From NCBI GenBank assembly GCA_963519425.1, contig CAUQNY010000002.1, positions 2,347 to 66,346 on the forward strand: a DNA stretch of 64,000 nt. The letters are read 5' to 3'. Both the position numbers and the translations under genes were made by a program. The first letter of the stretch is position 1, and each line of letters opens with the position of its first letter. Positions 60,183-64,000 of the stretch are shown here, piece by piece. The notes below the pieces were generated by a model. The model was not told where the DNA came from, did no database searches, and saw nothing but the letters and a program-made list of their open reading frames with translations. Source of the stretch: an uncultured Capnocytophaga sp. Lineage in GTDB: Bacteria; Bacteroidota; Bacteroidia; Flavobacteriales; Flavobacteriaceae.

Positions 60183-62234
60183 TCAGTTGGCCGATGGTAC
60201 TAGTTGTTTTGTAGGGCTTCCGCATTGCAACAAAATGACCATATTTTTAGCTATCTTGCTCCCCGGCGGAAGAGACTGGTCTTTTACTTTTCCTTGCCCC
60301 GATATTTTTACTTTGGCACCCATATTTTCCAATAGTGCAATAGCATCCATAGCACTCATTCCTGTTAGGTTAGGCATAACAGTTTTGAATTTAGCGGCTT
60401 TGTTGTAGTAGCTCAGGTAGCTGTCGGTGGTGCTTGCCGATATTTCATCTACATTGTCTACGGTGTCCATCAGCAGCGAGTTGGTGTAAATCTTATGGGC
60501 TATACTTTTGAACACAGGCCCCGACACGTCTGCTCCGTAGATACCTACTGTCTTGTCTGGTTCGTGAATTACTACGATGCACGAGTATTTGGGGTTCTCA
60601 ACCGGAAAGAATCCTGCAAACGACGAAATGTAGCTCATCTTGCTCTTGTCTTTCACTTTGTTGTAGTCCTTTCGGGCAGTACCTGTCTTCCCGGCCATAG
60701 AAAAGTCGGGCGAGTACAATCGGTGTCCACTGCCGTAAGAGCGTTGCACTACATCGGCAAGCATCCCTTTGGCCATTTGGGCAGTCTCTTTAGAACATAT
60801 CTTTGGGTTGATAATCTCTACATTAAACTTTTCTACCGTCTCGTTCCACTTTCTCACCTCTTTAATCATACGCGGTTTCACCATCACGCCATCATTGGCA
60901 ATGGCATTGTAGAAAGCCAAACTTTGCATTGGAGTAAGTTGCAACGAATAACCAATGGACATAGATTCCATTGTTACCCCACTCCACTCTTTGTCGCGAG
61001 GGGTCAGAAACTTAGGCTCTCCCTCTCCCTGAATGGGCAAGTTGAGTTTCTGGTTCAGATTCATATTCAGTAGTTTATCTATAAAATCTGAAGGAGATTT
61101 AGGGTACAGTTGGTGCACCATCTCAGTCATCCCTACGTTAGACGATACCGAGAAAGCTTTGTTGATAGAAATCCTTCCCGTAAAACGGTGTTGCGAATCT
61201 TCAAAGGTAGCATCGTAGTAGCTTATCTTTCGGTCTTTAATATCTACCATATAGGTAGAGTCAATGCCGCGTGTCTCCATAGCTGCCACTACTGTCATCA
61301 GTTTAAAAACAGACCCTGGCTCGTGCGATTCGCCTATGGCATAGTTGTAGTTCTCAATATAGTCATCTTTCTTTTCGTTCAGAGTGAGGTTCGAGATAGC
61401 TTTTACCTCACCTGTGCTCACCTCCATTACTACAGCACAGCCGTGGTGCGCCTTGTATTTTTTCAGTTGCAACAGAAGTGCGTGGTGGGCAATATCCTGA
61501 ATGTTCGTGTTGATAGTCGAAACCACATCTTTGCCGTCCTCAGGTTCTATCTCATTGAAGCTACTTAAAGGCTTGTACTGCCCCTTGGCAATTCTCTGCT
61601 CCATACGTCGCCCAGGGGTGCCCATCAAATATCTCGCATAAGCACCTTCCAATCCTACGCGGGTTACGTTGCCCGAATCGTCTTTCCGTTCATAACCAAT
61701 GCTGCGGTGGGCAATGCCTCCCAATGGATAGCGGCGTTTTACTATCTTATCCACCTTAAGCCCTCCTCTGAAATGTTTCCCATTAAAAATAGGAAACTTT
61801 TTGATGCGCATATACTCTGTGTAACCCAAGTTGTCTGCAATAAATACATTCCTGTTTTTCAGCAAGAAAGCTTTTTTAAGCATCGTCTGGTAGTAGCTAC
61901 TGGTCTTCCCAAACATCTTAGAAAGCGAATCACCCAACGGGCGAAGACTGTCTTTCATCTTTTTTTCTATGATAGGGTGCGATTGCGAGTCCCAGCGTAG
62001 GTTATACCTAATAACCGAGGTCGCTAGCAAGCTGCCGTCGTCCGAGTACAAGTTCCCTGGGGTAGCTTTTATTTCAGCTTCCCTAAGCGTCATATCCTCT
62101 GCCTTTTTTCGGTATTTATCACCTTCTATTTGTTGCAGATACACCAATTTTACCATAATCACTATCAGGAATACGAAGATGATGCCCCCTACAAGGTAAG
62201 TACGGCCATTGATGCTATTGTCGTCTTTTTTCAT
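60183..62234 (-). CDS. ftsI: Class B penicillin-binding protein with PASTA domain (FtsI)
   Basis: R.YP, EPGSVFK (SxxK), SSN, GKTGT, C-terminal PASTA (MPNLTGMS). Confidence 0.93.
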   Translation of the reverse strand: MKKDDNSINGRTYLVGGIIFVFLIVIMVKLVYLQQIEGDKYRKKAEDMTLREAEIKATPGNLYSDDGSLLATSVIRYNLRWDSQSHPIIEKKMKDSLRPLGDSLSKMFGKTSSYYQTMLKKAFLLKNRNVFIADNLGYTEYMRIKKFPIFNGKHFRGGLKVDKIVKRRYPLGGIAHRSIGYERKDDSGNVTRVGLEGAYARYLMGTPGRRMEQRIAKGQYKPLSSFNEIEPEDGKDVVSTINTNIQDIAHHALLLQLKKYKAHHGCAVVMEVSTGEVKAISNLTLNEKKDDYIENYNYAIGESHEPGSVFKLMTVVAAMETRGIDSTYMVDIKDRKISYYDATFEDSQHRFTGRISINKAFSVSSNVGMTEMVHQLYPKSPSDFIDKLLNMNLNQKLNLPIQGEGEPKFLTPRDKEWSGVTMESMSIGYSLQLTPMQSLAFYNAIANDGVMVKPRMIKEVRKWNETVEKFNVEIINPKICSKETAQMAKGMLADVVQRSYGSGHRLYSPDFSMAGKTGTARKDYNKVKDKSKMSYISSFAGFFPVENPKYSCIVVIHEPDKTVGIYGADVSGPVFKSIAHKIYTNSLLMDTVDNVDEISASTTDSYLSYYNKAAKFKTVMPNLTGMSAMDAIALLENMGAKVKISGQGKVKDQSLPPGSKIAKNMVILLQCGSPTKQLVPSAN

Positions 62235-62236
62235 AT

Positions 62237-62566
62237 TTATTCTTCAATGATTACTTTTATTCTTTGGGGCGGTTTAGAAGGCTGCTTAAGTCCTTTGTTT
62301 TCAAGTTGTTCTAATAGCGACGATTCTAAACGCTCCTTTTGCAAACGCGAGCGTACGTCTACAAATTCACTCTTCAACTCGTTTACTTCACTTTGTGTAC
62401 GGGCAATCCTGTGTATTTTCTGTTCCACCATTAGGGTGCTAACAACTATTATAGATAGGAGAATGAAGGCAAACATAATACCCTTCCAACGTTTTAGAGA
62501 GTCTTCTCCCTCTACTAGCAATCGCACTCTTAGGAAGTCTATTAGTTTGGCAAGTGTAGGTTTCAT
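62237..62566 (-). CDS. ftsL: FtsL-like cell division protein
   Basis: Single TM plus coiled coil, located between rsmH and ftsI. Confidence 0.8.
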   Translation of the reverse strand: MKPTLAKLIDFLRVRLLVEGEDSLKRWKGIMFAFILLSIIVVSTLMVEQKIHRIARTQSEVNELKSEFVDVRSRLQKERLESSLLEQLENKGLKQPSKPPQRIKVIIEE

Positions 62567-62572
62567 AGTATA

Positions 62573-63529
62573 CTATTTTTCTAAATGTTGTTTTCTCATT
62601 GTTTGCTGCCCCGATGCGCTACATCTTTCTCCAATCCTCAGTTTGGCACTCCGCGCACGGCTGTTCTGGGCAATTTCTTCATCGGTAGGAAGTATCAGCC
62701 CGCCCACTTTTCTGAAAGGTACCTGCACATTGCCAAACCAATCCTTTTCGGCAGCGCCTTCTAGCTGTCCATCGCGAATGAATCGTTTCACACACCGGTC
62801 TTCCAGCGAGTGATAGCTGATAAGACTAATACGCCCTCCTTCTTTTACCACAGCAGGCAGCTGTAGCAAAAACGATTCTAACGCTTCCAGTTCGCCGTTT
62901 ACTTCTATGCGGATAGCTTGGTAGATTTGAGCCAGCACTTTGTTTTCTTTGAACTTAGGCAGATATTGCTTTACAGCCTCTTGCAGCTCGCTTCCTAAGC
63001 AGATAGGCTGTAGGGCGCGATAAGTCGTTATAGCACGAGCAATAGCGCGAGCATTTTTCAGTTCGCCATAGTTGGCCAATAGTTGTGTCAGGGCAGCCTC
63101 GTCGTAGCTGTTCAGCACCTCTTGAGCAGTAAGAGGGGCTTCTTGGTTCATACGCATATCCAAGGCTCCTTCAAAACGAGTAGAAAAGCCTCGTGCTGCT
63201 ATGTCAAATTGGTGAGACGAGACCCCAAAGTCCCCCAAAACACCATCTACTTCAGAAACCCCGTAGAAGCGCAGATATTGTCGTAAAAACTTAAAGTTCT
63301 GATGGATAAGAGTAAAACGTGGGTCGTCTATGGTGTTGTTTAGGGCATCGGCATCTTGGTCAAAAGCGTACAATCTGCCCTTCTCGCCCAAATGTTTTAG
63401 AATTTCACGCGAGTGTCCACCTCCGCCAAAAGTAACATCTACATAGATGCCATCGGGCTTGATAGCAAGTCCCTCAACACTTTGGTGCAGCAGTACAGGA
63501 ATGTGATAAGAAGAAGCCGTATCGTTCAT
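62573..63529 (-). CDS. rsmH: 16S rRNA m4C1402 methyltransferase
   Basis: YHIPVLL, DVTFGGGGHS, DFGVSSHQ, LDMRM, QAIRIEVN, SYHSLEDR, RARSAKLR. Confidence 0.97.
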   Translation of the reverse strand: MNDTASSYHIPVLLHQSVEGLAIKPDGIYVDVTFGGGGHSREILKHLGEKGRLYAFDQDADALNNTIDDPRFTLIHQNFKFLRQYLRFYGVSEVDGVLGDFGVSSHQFDIAARGFSTRFEGALDMRMNQEAPLTAQEVLNSYDEAALTQLLANYGELKNARAIARAITTYRALQPICLGSELQEAVKQYLPKFKENKVLAQIYQAIRIEVNGELEALESFLLQLPAVVKEGGRISLISYHSLEDRCVKRFIRDGQLEGAAEKDWFGNVQVPFRKVGGLILPTDEEIAQNSRARSAKLRIGERCSASGQQTMRKQHLEK

Positions 63530-63552
63530 TGGGTAATAGCTATTTTAAAATG

Positions 63553-63560
63553 CAAAGGTA
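63553..63560 (-). promoter_or_regulatory. -7 promoter element of rsmH (TACCTTTG)
   Basis: 24 bp before ATG 63529; TTTG about 20 bp upstream. Confidence 0.75.
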
Positions 63561-63619
63561 GTAATAATTTGTCAATTAGCAAATCAGCTAATGACCAAAT
63601 CACAGCCCAATCTAAACAA

Positions 63620-63790
63620 AATCTCCAAAAAAGAAAAATTTTCTGTAAGGGGCATACTGGAGCTACAGTGGAGACATAGCGAAGACGAAGTGAAGCGCAA
63701 GTGTATTTTCTTCAAACATCCTCTTTCTGCCAAAAGCTCTCATCACAGAAAAATCAACCACTGTTCCATTATCTTCCCGTGCGGCTCGCA
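63620..63790 (-). repeat. Dispersed intergenic element, copy B
   Basis: Minus strand: head TGCGAGCCGCACGGGA (63790-63775); units CTTCACTTCGT, CTTCGCTATGT, CTCCACTGTAG, CTCCAGTATGC (63695-63652); tail cccttacagaaaatttttctttttt. Confidence 0.75.
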
Positions 63791-63945
63791 CACCCTCCGT
63801 GTAAACACAATACGGCAATGTGTATTTTGTTCAACGGCTGTCGTCTTCCCATTTTGTGCCAATACTGTTAAGTGAATGTTTTCTTATAAATGTTAAAATT
63901 CAGTTAATTTTTTGTTTAGCTATTGTGTATACAGCCGATTTGCAC

Positions 63946-63953
63946 TACTTTTG
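63946..63953 (+). promoter_or_regulatory. -7 promoter element for a gene starting at the window edge
   Basis: TACTTTTG followed by candidate ATGs at 63961 and 63986. Confidence 0.55.
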
Positions 63954-64000
63954 CCTCCAAATGTTTATTGTAGGAAAATATTACAATGGAAAAAATGGTA

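Noticed and set aside
62130..62813. 227-aa + strand ORF
   Set aside because: Antisense to rsmH/ftsL/ftsI with no recognisable features

Overview
This looks like a chromosomal window from a Flavobacteriaceae bacterium, most consistent with an oral Capnocytophaga. That is an inference from TAnnTTTG promoters, a T9SS type-B cargo, fused lpxC-fabZ and gene order. Most of it is housekeeping: kdsC, cdsA, dapF, glyA, tatC, lptB, pepT, pfkA-gap, dnaN, the lpxD-lpxC/fabZ-lpxA-efp-lpxD2 cluster, tadA, ispB, ftsH, rsfS and a short rsmH-ftsL-ftsI-murE block. Accessory content includes a nucleotidyltransferase/NahK-like kinase/galK/galM sugar-salvage operon, a ~3970-aa SprB-like T9SS adhesin with no adjacent PorP/SprF gene, a dcu-ansB-porin asparagine/aspartate operon, a GbsR-LtaS-like-HD operon, and an ADP-ribosylglycohydrolase pseudogene that the ORF track only partly captures. 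The most novel signal is non-coding: a dispersed ~200-bp intergenic element with a TGCGARCCGYACGGGA head and an ordered 11-bp-period array. It occurs as two clear copies and one degenerate copy, always between divergent promoters. Recurrent 8-bp-period arrays are also present. I found no CRISPR array, tRNA, rRNA, transposase, integrase or reverse transcriptase. All calls come from reading motifs by eye; no database searches were run.
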